DNA of 63,879 bases, counting the filler, from Octopus bimaculoides (lineage: Eukaryota): the NCBI RefSeq assembly GCF_001194135.2. It is 6 parts of 5 records of this genome, joined end to end, with 100 filler letters (N's around TTAATTAATTAA, not from the genome) between each part and the next. Parts side by side here need not be neighbours in the genome. Positions count along the whole stretch, not along the records: positions 29,302 to 42,077 come from NC_068999.1; positions 42,178 to 52,177 come from NC_068981.1; positions 52,278 to 61,201 come from NC_068986.1; 3 more parts are not named here. One strand, written 5' to 3'. Shown here one piece after another: positions 39,992 through 52,315 of the stretch. Position 1 is the first letter of the stretch. Each line of letters begins with the position of its first letter. The notes below the pieces were generated by a model. It saw only the letters and a program-made list of their open reading frames with translations, did no database searches and had not been told where the DNA came from. Made by a program: the position numbers and the translations under genes.

Positions 39992-40261
39992 AGTTGAAAT
40001 CTGCAAAGAAAGAAACAAATGAATAATAATATCTTATTTTTCATTTAATACAATATTGCAAAGATGGATGTTCTTATGTTCATGCTTCCCAAAGCATTAG
40101 CAGCGAAAGTAAACTGAAATGGTTTCAAACTGAAGCTCGAAACTCCAGTCGAAATTACAAATTCCGACAAAAGTAATTTCAAAATTACGTAATAAACGAA
40201 AGTAGAGTGAAATAGTTCTCTTGTGAGGATCGAATCCGTCTTGAGACGCTTTTACGCGATC

Positions 40262-40572
40262 ACCTTAATATTGGTTTCAAATTTTGGCACAAGGCCAGTA
40301 ATTTTAGGGGTGGGGTAAATCGATTACATCGATCCCAGTGTTCGACTGGTATTTTTTTATCGACCCCGAAAGAATAAAAAAAAAACAAAGTTAACCTCTG
40401 CAGAATTTGAACTCGGAACCTAAAGACGGCTGAAATGCCGCCAGACATTTCGCGCGGCGTGCTAACGATTCTGCCAGTTCACCGCCTTAAATTATCTCAA
40501 TATTGTGTTTCGTATATAAGCATAAAAGCAGTGACATTGCCGTGTGAACAGCGATCTTATACTTGCTGAAGT

Positions 40573-40607
<35 letters not shown>

Positions 40608-40617
40608 NNNNNNNNNN

Positions 40618-40660
<43 letters not shown>

Positions 40661-41177
40661 CTTACAAATAAAGTCAAGTACCTTCCTTTTCAGTTTTATG
40701 GTGGGTAGTTCTACAAATTCCTCATTTAGAGTTTTTACATGTACCTAATGTTTATAGGGTAGGAAGTGAGATTACATGATATTCATATATTTCTCCTGGA
40801 CATTCTCCAAGATCTTGGTGAGGCTTAATCAGAGCAAGGAAGGTCGGAGAGGAAAGTAATTCGACTGCATCGAACCCATTACATTCCTGGTGTTTATTTC
40901 ATCGACCTCGAAAAGATGAAAGGCAAAATTGACCTTAGAAAAAACCCCACGAACTTTGAAAATAATCACGAACAGGGCCAGCAATTTTAGGGGAGTGGTA
41001 AATAGGTTACATCGACCACAGTAATCGACTGATACTTATGTTATCGACCTCGAAGAGATGAAAGGCAGAGTGGACCTCGGCGGAATTTAAACTCAGAACG
41101 TGAAGGCAGACGAAATCCCGCCAAGCATTTTGCTTTGCATGCTAACGATTCTGCCAGTTCACCGCCTTCACGAACAG
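40262..41177 (-). mobile_element. Cluster of SINE family B copies (about 40262-40490, 40840-40940, 40966-41177)
   Basis: Family B core and head. The last copy is flanked by a direct repeat tcacgaacag (40966-40975, 41168-41177). Confidence 0.8.
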
Positions 41178-41771
41178 AAATAATAGTTATTAAGTTTACA
41201 ATTTACGACCACGGTTTACTCTGCATCATGAATCAGTCTTTAGTAAAAGCTGATCTTCTTGCTTCTTAGCTATATTTTATAACAGAATCATAATGAGCCT
41301 GCTTCAGTAGAATGGCAATGATAATGTTTTTACAACTATTAAACAATATAAAGTGGCTCAAATACTTTTGAATTCTCTAAGTGTGCAAACTGGAATAATA
41401 AAGATTTCCAGATGATGATTGTGCACATCAGTGTCTGAGCAAATAATGAAACATTTTTATTGAGTCAATGATATTTTCTTTTAACTTTCGTAACTCTTAA
41501 TCGATTGCTGAATCGTTATCGAAAACTTCGACATTATGTGGCACAAGAACAAGGTAAAAGGTAAGCCAGCTGAGCCCATCTTTCATGATGTATATTTTTC
41601 TATTATACTTTTGGCATCTATTTAAGGAAGTAAAATGGTGGCAACAATCCAGGTATTTACAGGTTCAACAAGGTTGGATGCTGCTAGGATGCAAGTCTAA
41701 CATTTCCACGCGTGCGCGTGCGAGCTGCTTAGGAGAATGTCAGAGGAGAAAGAAAGTCGGATTGTAGATCC

Positions 41772-42011
41772 TTATTTCTTTATTGCCCACAAGGGGCTAA
41801 ACATAGAGGGGACAAACAAGGACTGACAAAGGAATTAAGTCGATTACATCGACCCAGTGCGTAACTGGTATTTTATTTATCGACCCGAAAGGATGAAAGG
41901 CAAAGTCGACCTCGGCGGAATTTGAACTCAGAACGTAGCGGTAGACGAAATACCGCTAAGCATTTCGCCCGGCATGCTAACGATTCTGCCAGCTCGCCGC
42001 CTTAATGTGTA
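41772..42011 (-). mobile_element. Young full-length SINE family B with 12-bp target-site duplication
   Basis: Flanked by gattgtagatcc at 41760-41771 and 42012-42023. tRNA-like head ggcggcgagctggcagaatcg...gagttcaaattcc; tail gggcaataaagaaataag. Confidence 0.9.
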
Positions 42012-42121
42012 GATTGTAGATCCGCGACACAATGAAGTTATAAAATGCCAAAGATGTTAATGATTCAATGCAAAGGGNNNNNNNNNNNNNNNNNNNNNNN
42101 NNNNNNNNNNNNNNNNNNNNN

Positions 42122-42133
42122 TTAATTAATTAA
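42122..42133. other. Assembly gap spacer TTAATTAATTAA (also 29246, 52222, 61246, 62555)
   Basis: Identical 12-mer centred in 44N+12+44N = 100-base gaps; has stop codons in all six frames. Confidence 0.9.
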
Positions 42134-42177
42134 NNNNNNNNNNNNNNNNNNNNNNNNNNNNNNNNNNNNNNNNNNNN

Positions 42178-42493
42178 TAGTTACTAGCGACATTCGCTCC
42201 ACAGACTGGTCTTGTTGGTGGTCCCACTACAGGATTAGTTGTTACTTTGTGGTCCTTACGGAGCCCATACAGCGTCGGGATATCATTGTTCCAGGCTTGG
42301 AAGTTGTTGGCTGTGCGCTTCTGGGGTCTAAGGACAATTGTCCACATCATCATGTGGGCATTGAGGACTTTTTCTCTTTCCTCATGCGCCTGTAAGGTTG
42401 TTACCTTTGTATTGGCGATGTGAGGTTGCATTGCCTGGATATAGTTCGGCAGGCTGTCTATTGACATTCTGCCGGACTTATCTGTGGGAAGGC

Positions 42494-42495
<2 letters not shown>
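42178..42495 (-). mobile_element. Penelope-like element RT N-terminal fragment
   Basis: LPTDKSGRM...PTLYGLRKDHK...GPPTRPVCGA matches the PLE pattern DKG...LYGLPKIHK...PLRPIVS; open frame up to the gap. Confidence 0.7.
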
Positions 42496-42527
<32 letters not shown>

Positions 42528-43017
42528 GCACTTTAATATAATTGCACTCGTATAAGCATGCATATATTATATTCTAATATTCTAAAATTCACGCATGCGT
42601 ATACTCACACGTGCACATGCACACACATACACACACAGAGAACCATCAAAGTATATACACCCATACTTATACACATCTATAATTCATGTCTGATACCTTA
42701 TTCCAAAATAAGAAAATATATATATATACCAAAATTAAAAAAAAAATAGTAAATGAAATATAAAAATGAAATAAATATTAGCTAAGTAGATTTGTCGGAA
42801 TGTGTCAAGCTATATTCCATATATGGTAAAGTGCCTACCCGAAACCCTTGGGGCACAAAGTCAGACAGATGTATGTATATTATAAGGGACCCCATACCCT
42901 GCTAATATTGCTGCTGTCTGGAGAAATGGGTGTGGCAAAACATTGGTACAGACATTAGCAGCATATTGTACACCAACATGATGTGTGCGTGTGTGTATAT
43001 ATATATTTATGTATGTT

Positions 43018-43051
<34 letters not shown>

Positions 43052-43251
43052 NNNNNNNNNNATATATATATATATATAAATATATATATATATACATATA
43101 CATATATATATATACATGCACACACACACATATATGTATATATGTATATATGCATATATATATACATATTTATACACACACGCGCGCGCGCACTCACACA
43201 CACACACACACACACACATACTTTTACTTGTTTCAGTCAATGTACGCTACT

Positions 43252-43832
43252 AGCTCAGAAAGAATATGAGACGTCATGACAATATAGCCAGTCTTGTCCA
43301 TTGGACACTTTGCAACAAGTATGGAGTTGGCAGAGCAAAAAAGTGGTATAACCGCAAACCTGAAGGCATCGTCGAAAATAGAAATGCAAAGATCCTATGG
43401 GATTTTATGATTCAATGCGACCATGAGATAGAGAATAGGAAGCCTGCTATAGTCTTAATTGAGAAAGAAAACATATTATGCTGGATCATAGATATAGCAT
43501 GCCCAGCTGACAACAAGGTATGCGATAAGGAAGAAAGAAAAGTCGAGAGATATAACAGGTTAGCTTGGGAGGTTAAGCAGTTGTGGTTGATGAAAAAGGT
43601 GGTAGTAGTACCAATAATTGTCGGAGCCCTGAGAACAGTGAGTAAAAATCTTGAGAAGTACATGGAACAAATAGCAGCTGCAACAAGGGCGGAGCACTTG
43701 CAGAAAACAGCACTGCTTGGAACCAACCAAATACTCCGGAAGGTGCTCGAAAAATAAGAGGTGTTACCTTAGTTCACTGGTAGTGAACAGCTGACACCGT
43801 AGTACATCTCCAGCGATAGAGGCTGTGCAAAG

Positions 43833-43835
<3 letters not shown>
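43252..43835 (+). mobile_element. R4/Dong-like RLE LINE 3' end, nearly intact frame, with 3' UTR
   Basis: RRHDNIASLVHWTLC...KILWDFMIQCDHEIENRKPAIVLIEK...CWIIDIACP...KVERYNRLAWE...VVPIIVGALRTV...LQKTALLGTNQILRKVLE*; followed by (CAA)n(TAA)n. Confidence 0.9.
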
Positions 43836-43867
<32 letters not shown>

Positions 43868-43880
43868 AATAATAATAATA

Positions 43881-44250
43881 ATGGAGACTAGCAAAATCCT
43901 CTGGGATTTCCCAATCCAAACAGATCAGTTGCTAGGGCATAACAGACCGGACCTTGTGGTGGTAGACAAGGTGCACCACATGTATTATATAGTTGATGTT
44001 ACTTGTCCCCTTGACCCACGAATAGTCAAGGAGGAAGGCGAAAAGACAAATAGATACAACCCTCTTAAGTATGAAATAGACCGGCTGTGGAAAATGAAGA
44101 TGGCGAAGACAGTGTCAAATATTGTTGGGTCCCTGGAGACAGTATCAGACGGCATCAAGAGGAATATAAAGGAAATTGGGATAGAGTGACCAGTAGAACT
44201 GTTACAAAAGGTTTGCCTCCTTGGCACGGCCAGAATAATCAGGTATTATA
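43881..44250 (+). mobile_element. Second, divergent RLE LINE 3' fragment
   Basis: KILWDFPIQTDQLLGHNRPDLVVVDK...IVDVTCPLD...EKTNRYNPLKYEI; PD-(D/E)xK-type endonuclease. Confidence 0.85.
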
Positions 44251-44794
44251 TAGCATACCAGTACTGCCCACGGCCTTAGAAAAACCTTATCCATTTAAAT
44301 GTCTGTGTTGTATTACATGAAGATATTTCGCTGCTTCCCCTTCTCAAGCTTTCAGTCATAATGTAACATCTCTTGTCCTTCACTCGCCCCAGGACACTGG
44401 GTGTGTCTCGGCAATAATAACGTGGTGGGTTTTACAAGTGCCCCTCCCGTCATCCTCCGACCCACAGTCATATACACAAGCATATACTGCGGCACGTACC
44501 CACGAATTCAGGCTACGTTCGTTACTGCCACCCCACAGTTAATAGTTAATAGCTGGGTTGGGGCAGCATCTTTCTCTCTCCAGATTCACCTTGGAACATA
44601 GAAACGACGATGGAAGGAAGTGTTTTGTCTTCAGTCTTTGCAAGTAATGTAGGCCGAGGGACAGGAATTTGAAGGAAGCTTAAATGAACCTCAACGTATG
44701 ACTGGTATGTTGTTTATCGGCTTAGGACGAATGAAAAAATAACGGTGGATTCCTGTGTGATTAGAACTCTGAACATAAAGGTATGTAAATGCAC

Positions 44795-44796
44795 AG

Positions 44797-44833
<37 letters not shown>

Positions 44834-44930
44834 AAGAACAACAACAACTTGCGGCTGCTGTTCCCTCATCAACTTCGCTATTTTCCTGTTGCTCCAGTTC
44901 TATTTAAATAGAAATCCTTTCCACAGGATC

Positions 44931-44972
<42 letters not shown>

Positions 44973-45557
44973 NNNNNNNNNNNNNNNNNNNNNNNNNNNN
45001 NNNNNNNNNNNNNNNNNNNNNNNNNNNNNNNNNNNNNNNNNNNNNNNNNNNNNNNNNNNNNNNNNNTGAGCCCCTTTAATTTCCGCTCTGCTGAAAAGGT
45101 TGATCCATGTCCGATGATAACATCGTAAAATACACCAACATTATTTATTTTATTGTTGTTGCTGTTGATTTTGTTATTGTAGTTGTTGTTGCTGTCATTT
45201 TTGTTCCTCTTCTTCTTCTTCTTCTTCTTCTTCTTCTTCTTCTTCTTCTTCTTCTTCTTCTTCAATTCTTCTTCTTCAATTCTTCTTCTTCTTCTTCTTC
45301 AATTCTTCTTCTTCTTCAATTCTTCTTCTTCTTCTTCTTCTTCTTCTTCTTCTTCTTCTTCTTCTTCTTCTTCTTCTTGCTCCTACTTTACTTTTTTTTT
45401 CTTTCTAATTTTCTGCTTTTATTTTTTCCCTTTCTGAGTCACCCGAAGGTTTTCAGTCAACATCGATCCGTAAACCGAACTTAATCAAGAAATTGGCATT
45501 GATGACGATGATGACGATGATGACGACGATGATGACGATGATGACGATGTTGACGAC

Positions 45558-45593
<36 letters not shown>

Positions 45594-45620
45594 AATGATG
45601 ATGATTGTAATGATTGGCGG

Positions 45621-45654
<34 letters not shown>

Positions 45655-45905
45655 GGTGGTGGTGATACCAAAGAAGGGTTTGACAACATATGTAAGTGTA
45701 TACATGTACATACGTATATGTATGTGTGTGTACGCATATATGTATAAACACACACACACACACACATGTACATATACATCCACACACACACATATGTAAT
45801 ATGGTAGAATATAGAAGAAATGAAAACGTAAGAAAAAGATATAAACGGAACCAAAGAAATTAGGAAAACGATGTGTACACATGACATAATAATAATAATA
45901 ATAAC

Positions 45906-45948
<43 letters not shown>

Positions 45949-46046
45949 TTGATAATAATAATATGGAGACATGGCTATAGTTTTCTATGATTACCCGGAA
46001 AGGCTGTGATTTGGTGCGTCATAATTGGATCACACGCATACATACA

Positions 46047-46078
<32 letters not shown>

Positions 46079-46192
46079 CGTACATACATACATACATACA
46101 TACATACATACATGTATATACGTACATATACACATACATACATGCACGTACTTATATATATGTATACTTTATATATATATATTATATATATG

Positions 46193-46258
<66 letters not shown>

Positions 46259-46381
46259 TATACAAACACACATACACATATACGTACATATATATATACA
46301 TATATGTATACACGCATGCATACATACACACATAAATGCATACATACACACATACATACATACACATATACTTACATACAT

Positions 46382-46412
<31 letters not shown>

Positions 46413-46480
46413 TACATACATGCATACACACACACATGCCTTCATTCATGCATGCGTGCACACACACACACGCATAGATA
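44795..46480. repeat. Dense microsatellite cluster: (CAA)n, (CA)n, (CTT)n, (GAT/GAC)n, (GGT)n, (TAA)n, (CATA)n
   Basis: Directly visible. Confidence 0.95.
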
Positions 46481-46769
46481 CATCCATGTACCTGTACAGA
46501 TATATCTCTTCTCTCTTTTTCTCTTTCTCTCCCTGTGTGTGTGTGACCCTCCATAAATTCCAAACTTTATTTTGGTGTTTATGGGAGCAACTATCTTCGA
46601 AGACTCATATTGTCATTGAATACTCGAAATGAGTAGATAGACAGCCGACAACAGATGAAGGGTCGTTCTTTGTGTTGGGAAGCAAGCTTCTTTCCACACA
46701 GCCACTCCTGCGCCTATATTGTGAAAGAAATCAGGAAGTTAGACTTAGTAAAAATAATTTCCTTATTTG

Positions 46770-47080
46770 CGGCACTCTAATCGTGGCACTCCGTCGTTTA
46801 CGACGATGAGTGTTCCAGTTGATCCGATCAATGGAACAGCTTGCTCGTGAAATTAACTTGCAAGTGGCTGAGTACTCCACAGACATGCATACCCTTAATG
46901 TAGTTCTCAGGGAGATTCAGCGTGACACAGACTGTGACAAGGCTGGACCTTTGAAATACAGGTGCTACTCATTTTTGCCAGCTGAGTGGACTGGAGTAAT
47001 GTGAAATAAAGAGTCTTGCTCAAGGACACAACGCATTGACAGGAATCGAACTCATGATCTTACGATCGTGAGGCCAAAAT
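46770..47080 (-). mobile_element. SINE family C, near full length
   Basis: Reverse complement: gagttcgattcct (B box), gtgtccttgagcaagact core, ccagtccactcagctggcaaaaatgagta. Confidence 0.75.
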
Positions 47081-47676
47081 CACTTTGATTAAACAGAAAC
47101 CATTCGGCCATATTCCAGTGAGACTATTTCAAATGATTTGTTGCCATTTAACCCTAGGTCAACCGAACTGAGTAGACTTCTGATCAAAAGTGTTTCAGAG
47201 CTGCCGTTTCTTTTTCGAAAAAGACTACCATGACTTCGTTATTAATTAGAGACCTGGGCAGATTGATGTTCCGTAAAATGGTAGAAGGACGGTGTAGAAG
47301 ACAGGCCTTGGAAGAATGGTGTTCCATAAAGGGAGTGGTGGTGGGGTAAGTTGGTATGCCTTGAAAACCGGGTATAGTTATAGTTGGATGGGAAGAAATA
47401 GGTAAAAGAAGGATTGGTATTCTAGAATTATCTACTGGAATCTTAAAAGGTACCCCCCCCCCAATAATTACTCTTAATAACTAAAGTATAATCATTAGAA
47501 AGATAAAACCGAAAAGAAAGAATTATTTTCGACATTAATTGGTAAATCTATGAAGAGTTTGTTTCATCGCCAACGTTTAAGGAAAAAATTTGTAACGAAC
47601 CGAAGAAATGAAGAATTTAAAAGAAAAGATAGCAACTGTAGAAAGTGAATGCAAGATAGAGAAAGCGTTCATCATA

Positions 47677-47707
<31 letters not shown>

Positions 47708-47913
47708 CCACCGCCACCACCGTCACCACCAAGAACAACAACATGATGAACGATTTATCTCCCCTCCTTTTTTTAAATTTTCATTATCCATCATTTATTC
47801 TATCTGGGTGTAAAACATTCTCTAGAAATGATTTTATTAAAGAATTAAAGACCTAACAGTGCAGGGCGGAATGATAAAGAAATAAAGAAATTCAGTTTTG
47901 GGGGGAAAAAACA

Positions 47914-47955
<42 letters not shown>

Positions 47956-48634
47956 AAAACAAACAAAAGAAAAACTGGGACGAAACAGAGATAACAAGCG
48001 CAAAACAACGAACGCAAGTAAAAGATTTCACTTTGTAGAAAAAAAAACAACAAAAATCAAAAATCGTTCATATGGATTATTGATATCGCTTGTCAGAATG
48101 AACAAATAAATTGAAGAAAAATCGGGAAACAAGGAAAATATTAAAAAGTAAGTTTTGTGAAAAAATGAGAGAAAATAGATTGTGTCAAGTGGGAATGGAA
48201 TTTTATTTTTGTGGAGTGAATAAATAGCAGGCGTTGAACTATGAGAAACGGAATAATGGTTTTGAAGAGAATAAGCAGCGAGGGTTGAACTATCAGCAAA
48301 CCGTGTTATTAATGAAAAAAAAAATAAGAAAAAAAAATGAAGGGGTTTGAGGAAGTGTTGAGAAAGATTAATAAAGCTGTGTTGTGTTAGAGTGATACAA
48401 TGTTAAGAATGAAAGGGTGCAGAAGGGAATAAGAATTCCAGGATTTCACGGGACTTCCCTATCAAGACTGACCATTCTATTGAAGCAAGAAGAGCAGAAA
48501 TAATTGCTGAGGACAAAAGAAAACAGAGTAAGATCATAGACTTTACAATGGCAAACAGAATGGATACGAAAGGAATTGAAAGAAAAAAAAAATCGAGAAA
48601 TATCAGGATATATCAGAGATCTGAAGAGACTGTT

Positions 48635-48870
48635 GTAGAGTAAAATAACAATTATTCCTGTAATAATTGGTACACTTGGCACCACACCCAAGCAGCTACC
48701 TAAAAAAAGTGAATGAAAGATATTGGAATCTCGGCTTGTATTGCCGACCTTCAGAGAAGTGCAATCTTATATTTTGCAAGAATCCTAAGAAAAATTCTCG
48801 AGATTTGTTGGAGACGTGTTCCGCCAAAACTCAAGGCAACATTCTTAATAATTATATAGTATGTAATAGT

Positions 48871-48956
<86 letters not shown>

Positions 48957-49520
48957 CAACAACAACCAGAATGATAATAATGATATCATTAAGGCAAAAA
49001 TAGACAAATCCGCGAAAACTTCAAAGTACAGAGAATGTAATGAGAAAGAGGAATCCGTTATACTCATAATAAGTTGGTTCCGTGTCACAGAAGGAATATA
49101 AACACAGACACGATTATGTGGCCAAAGAACCACCCTGGGACACATTATGGCAAAGAGGATTTAAAGTAAGAAGAAAGATCGACCAGGAGGTCTTAGGAGA
49201 TTTTTAATGCACAAACTGGCCGCGAACTTCATGAAAGGTGATCAGATATTATCGTTCTGGACAAAAGTAAAAGTGAATACGTGCATCGTCATAGATGTGG
49301 CTATATCTGCGGACATGATTGTAGCAGTCAAAGAACAGAAGTAAAGATAAAGACAAATGGTTGAAGGTGATTGGAATGGAATATTTGCCACTGAGGAACA
49401 GGAAGAATTACCAGAAGGGTTTTGAGCACTTGAAAGATTACTGAAAGCTTGTAGACACCTAAGGTTACAGGTAGTAACTCGCAACCCTCATAAATTCTAC
49501 CAGGAATAAGACCAAACCTA
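48635..49520 (+). mobile_element. Two RLE LINE 3' fragments separated by (AAC/AGC)n
   Basis: IIPVIIGTLG...DLQRSAILYFARILRKILE (48640-48800), then IKAKIDKSAKTSKYRECNEKEESVI...EYKHRHDYVA and PDIIVLDK...IVIDVAI (48990-49520). Confidence 0.8.
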
Positions 49521-50976
49521 AGTCAAATTCTTTCTATCATTGGCACAAAGGCTGAAATTTGTTGGGGAGAGGGTTAGTCAATTACATCGACCCCAGTACA
49601 CGACTGGTACTTATTTTATCGATCCCGAAAAGATGGAAGGCAAAGTCGACTTTGGTGGAACTTGAACTCGCGACGTGAAGACGGACGAAATGTTGTTAAG
49701 CATTTTTTCCGGCGTGCTAACGATTCTAACTTTGGAATTAAACCACAAGTTTCTAAGAAAGGATGGGAGGGTTGTAAGTTAATCGTATATAAAAAGAAAG
49801 ACTTTAAGAGAATGAATCGCCTGGAAGGGAATCCAAAGTGCCAGTGTTCGGCGAGACGCAATATATTTAAAATAGAAGAAGACGTCTGCAACGTTGTTGG
49901 AAGACCAAAACACGAATGATGTAAACTGGTTTTCCTGATCTCTTTAGATCGAGGCCAAATACCAACAACAGCATCAGCATAGTCAACAACAACAACAACA
50001 ACAATAAATAAAGCGACATAATGTTAAGGAAACGGAAATATTTAATAGTCGTTAATGTAAAGGAAATATTTTAGCAGAAGAAAGAAAAGCAGAATCAATT
50101 GGAATCTCGAAACAATTGTAGCGACAGAAGGTCTGTGAAATAAGTGAACCTGTTTGACATACGATCTTATTTTATGTGGTTTACTGTTTGGTCTCTCAAA
50201 GAAAGACAAGCAAATGATTGACGGCGTTGGTGTTCATTAACTTTGCTGCCATCTGATAGAAAACATGGACCAGTTTTTAATCGTTTTACGACTAAACGAG
50301 TCTGGAAGGAACGTGATTATGGCAAATGGATAAAAGCAAACAAGGAAACACTCAGGACATAAGCGTATACAATATAGACACGTATACATACACACAGAGA
50401 CACAGACACACACATGTGTGTGTGTGTGCGTGCTGAAATGTCCCCGCGCCCCCTGCTGGAGATAAGGTCGGACAGCGACTAACCGACAATTTGCATAAAT
50501 GAAACGAAATTGAGCTTAGAGAAATAACTCGGAACACACACACACATACGCAGTTATATATATATGAATGAGTACATATATACATATATATATATGTATA
50601 TACATATATATACATATATATATACATATATATACATATATATGTATATATACAGGAAAACCAAATAAGTTGCAGCCACTCCGTTCTGACGGGGATTTTC
50701 CCAATTTCTGTTTAACCCTAACCCTTCGAAACGATGGGGACGGGCATCTTTTTTATGAAAAAAAAAATTTTTTTAATTGTTTTTTGTAGAACTCTGCCCC
50801 CTCTCATCCCACTCCGGACCGATTTTAGCCAATTTATTTTGCACTTCAAAGCCATGGCAGGAGCCTTTTCGGTAAAAAGAAAAAAGAAAAATTATAAAAA
50901 TTCAGTTCTATATTTAAGAGATGAGGAATTATGTACATTATTTACATTTGAAGGATATTTGTCTTCATCTTGTTAC

Positions 50977-51018
50977 CACAACGTTTCGGCTGGTATACCC
51001 TCCAGCCTTCATCAGGTG
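50977..51018 (-). ncRNA. Minimal type I hammerhead ribozyme motif
   Basis: cac-CTGATGA-a-ggctgg(agggtata)ccagcc-GAA-ACGT-T-gtg: conserved core, perfect 6-bp stem II, palindromic ACGT in place of stem III, 3-bp stem I. Confidence 0.65.
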
Positions 51019-51097
51019 TCTTGGGGAAATTTCGAACCTGGGTGCTCATTCCTTAGGTAATTTTCGATCTTCTTATTATTACTATTATTACTATTCA

Positions 51098-51170
51098 GGT
51101 CACTGCCTCGAATCGAACTTGGAATTTTGGGGTTAGTAGCCCGCACTCTTAACCACTACGCCATATGCCC
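51098..51170 (-). ncRNA. tRNA-derived Pol III promoter segment in the Penelope 3' region (not a functional tRNA)
   Basis: GGGCATATGGCGTAGTGGTTAAGAGTGCGGGCTACTAACCCCAAAATTCCAAGTTCGATTCGAGGCAGTGACC: A box TGGCGTAGTGG, B box AGTTCGATTC; acceptor and T stems broken. Confidence 0.6.
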
Positions 51171-51189
51171 TTGGGCAATTATGGAGTGA

Positions 51190-51760
51190 ATTTTAGGGCT
51201 TATAAATCTAATATTTTTCCATCCTTCCTTAATACTGGTTCCCATATTCTACTCATATCTGCACTCGGTCTGCTTAGGAGGTTGTTGTCTCATAGCATAT
51301 GTGCTGCTTCTTTCAGTTTTCATATTTTCCAGTGGTGTTCTCTGTCTATTATTTTGACTTCATCCCACAGGGGAGGTGGTCTCCATTTTTCCATACATGG
51401 TCAGCTATACCCGATTTATCAATATCTCCCCGTGTCACAGCTTTGCAATGTTCCTCTACCCTTATTTTGAGGGGGCGACATGTTTCGCCTTTGTATAACC
51501 TACCACAGCCGCATGGGATGGAGTACACGCAGTTTTTTGGTCATATTCTCTTCTATTGGTGGCTTTATCTGAAGGAGATATTTGCAAAGTGTTGTATTAC
51601 TCTTGAATACTGTCCTGATGTCATATGGGCCGCATATCTTTTGTATCTTTTCGGAGAGGCCTTTCACACAGGATAGACAGACTCTGGACAGTTAATCGGT
51701 TTCATCCCCTCTTGTCTTCTTAATTGGAGTGGAGAGTATGCTTTTTGAGGTAGTTGTTGC
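51190..51760 (-). mobile_element. Penelope-like element GIY-YIG endonuclease region
   Basis: VKGLSEKIQKICGPYDIRTVFKSNTTL...KNCVYSIPCGCGRLYKGETCRPLKIRVEEHCKAV...SGIADHVW...WDEVKIIDREHHWKI*KLKEA; a few stops and a frameshift. Confidence 0.9.
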
Positions 51761-52277
51761 TCACTGTTTGAAGTGTTTCAATATTTTTCTTCCCATAAAT
51801 ACATATATCTTAATATATAAATCTGAAATTGTGTGTTTGTGTGAAGCCTTTTTGAATGTTTATAGAAATCCACATTTTCCACTTTTTCGTAAAATTTTTT
51901 ACATCAATGGAATTTTCTCGATCTGAACTTTCCAGTGCAGTAATTAGATTTTTTAAATTCCGTTTACTTTGTGTGATTTAAGGGAGATTTGGCTGTTGTT
52001 TCTAGCAACTTTTATATTTCATCCCTGCTACCTGGAACGCCATTCTTACACAAGCGCTCAACATAAAAATATAGAGAGTAAGAGTAAAAGAGGGAGAGGG
52101 AGAGAGAGAGAAAGTGATACATACAACGTCATAGATTAAACTTTCATCTCAGTATTCTTTACCTATTTTTCATAACANNNNNNNNNNNNNNNNNNNNNNN
52201 NNNNNNNNNNNNNNNNNNNNNTTAATTAATTAANNNNNNNNNNNNNNNNNNNNNNNNNNNNNNNNNNNNNNNNNNNN

Positions 52278-52315
<38 letters not shown>

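Noticed and set aside
45453-46632. His/Thr/Tyr/Ile-rich and poly-His or poly-Ser ORFs
   Set aside because: Translations of (CA)n, (TA)n, (CATA)n and (GAT)n microsatellites.
51098-51170. Functional tRNA-Ser gene
   Set aside because: A and B boxes are present but acceptor, anticodon and T stems do not pair properly; treated as a tRNA-derived promoter. Other tRNA-like heads (23860, 52709, 55070) are SINE heads.
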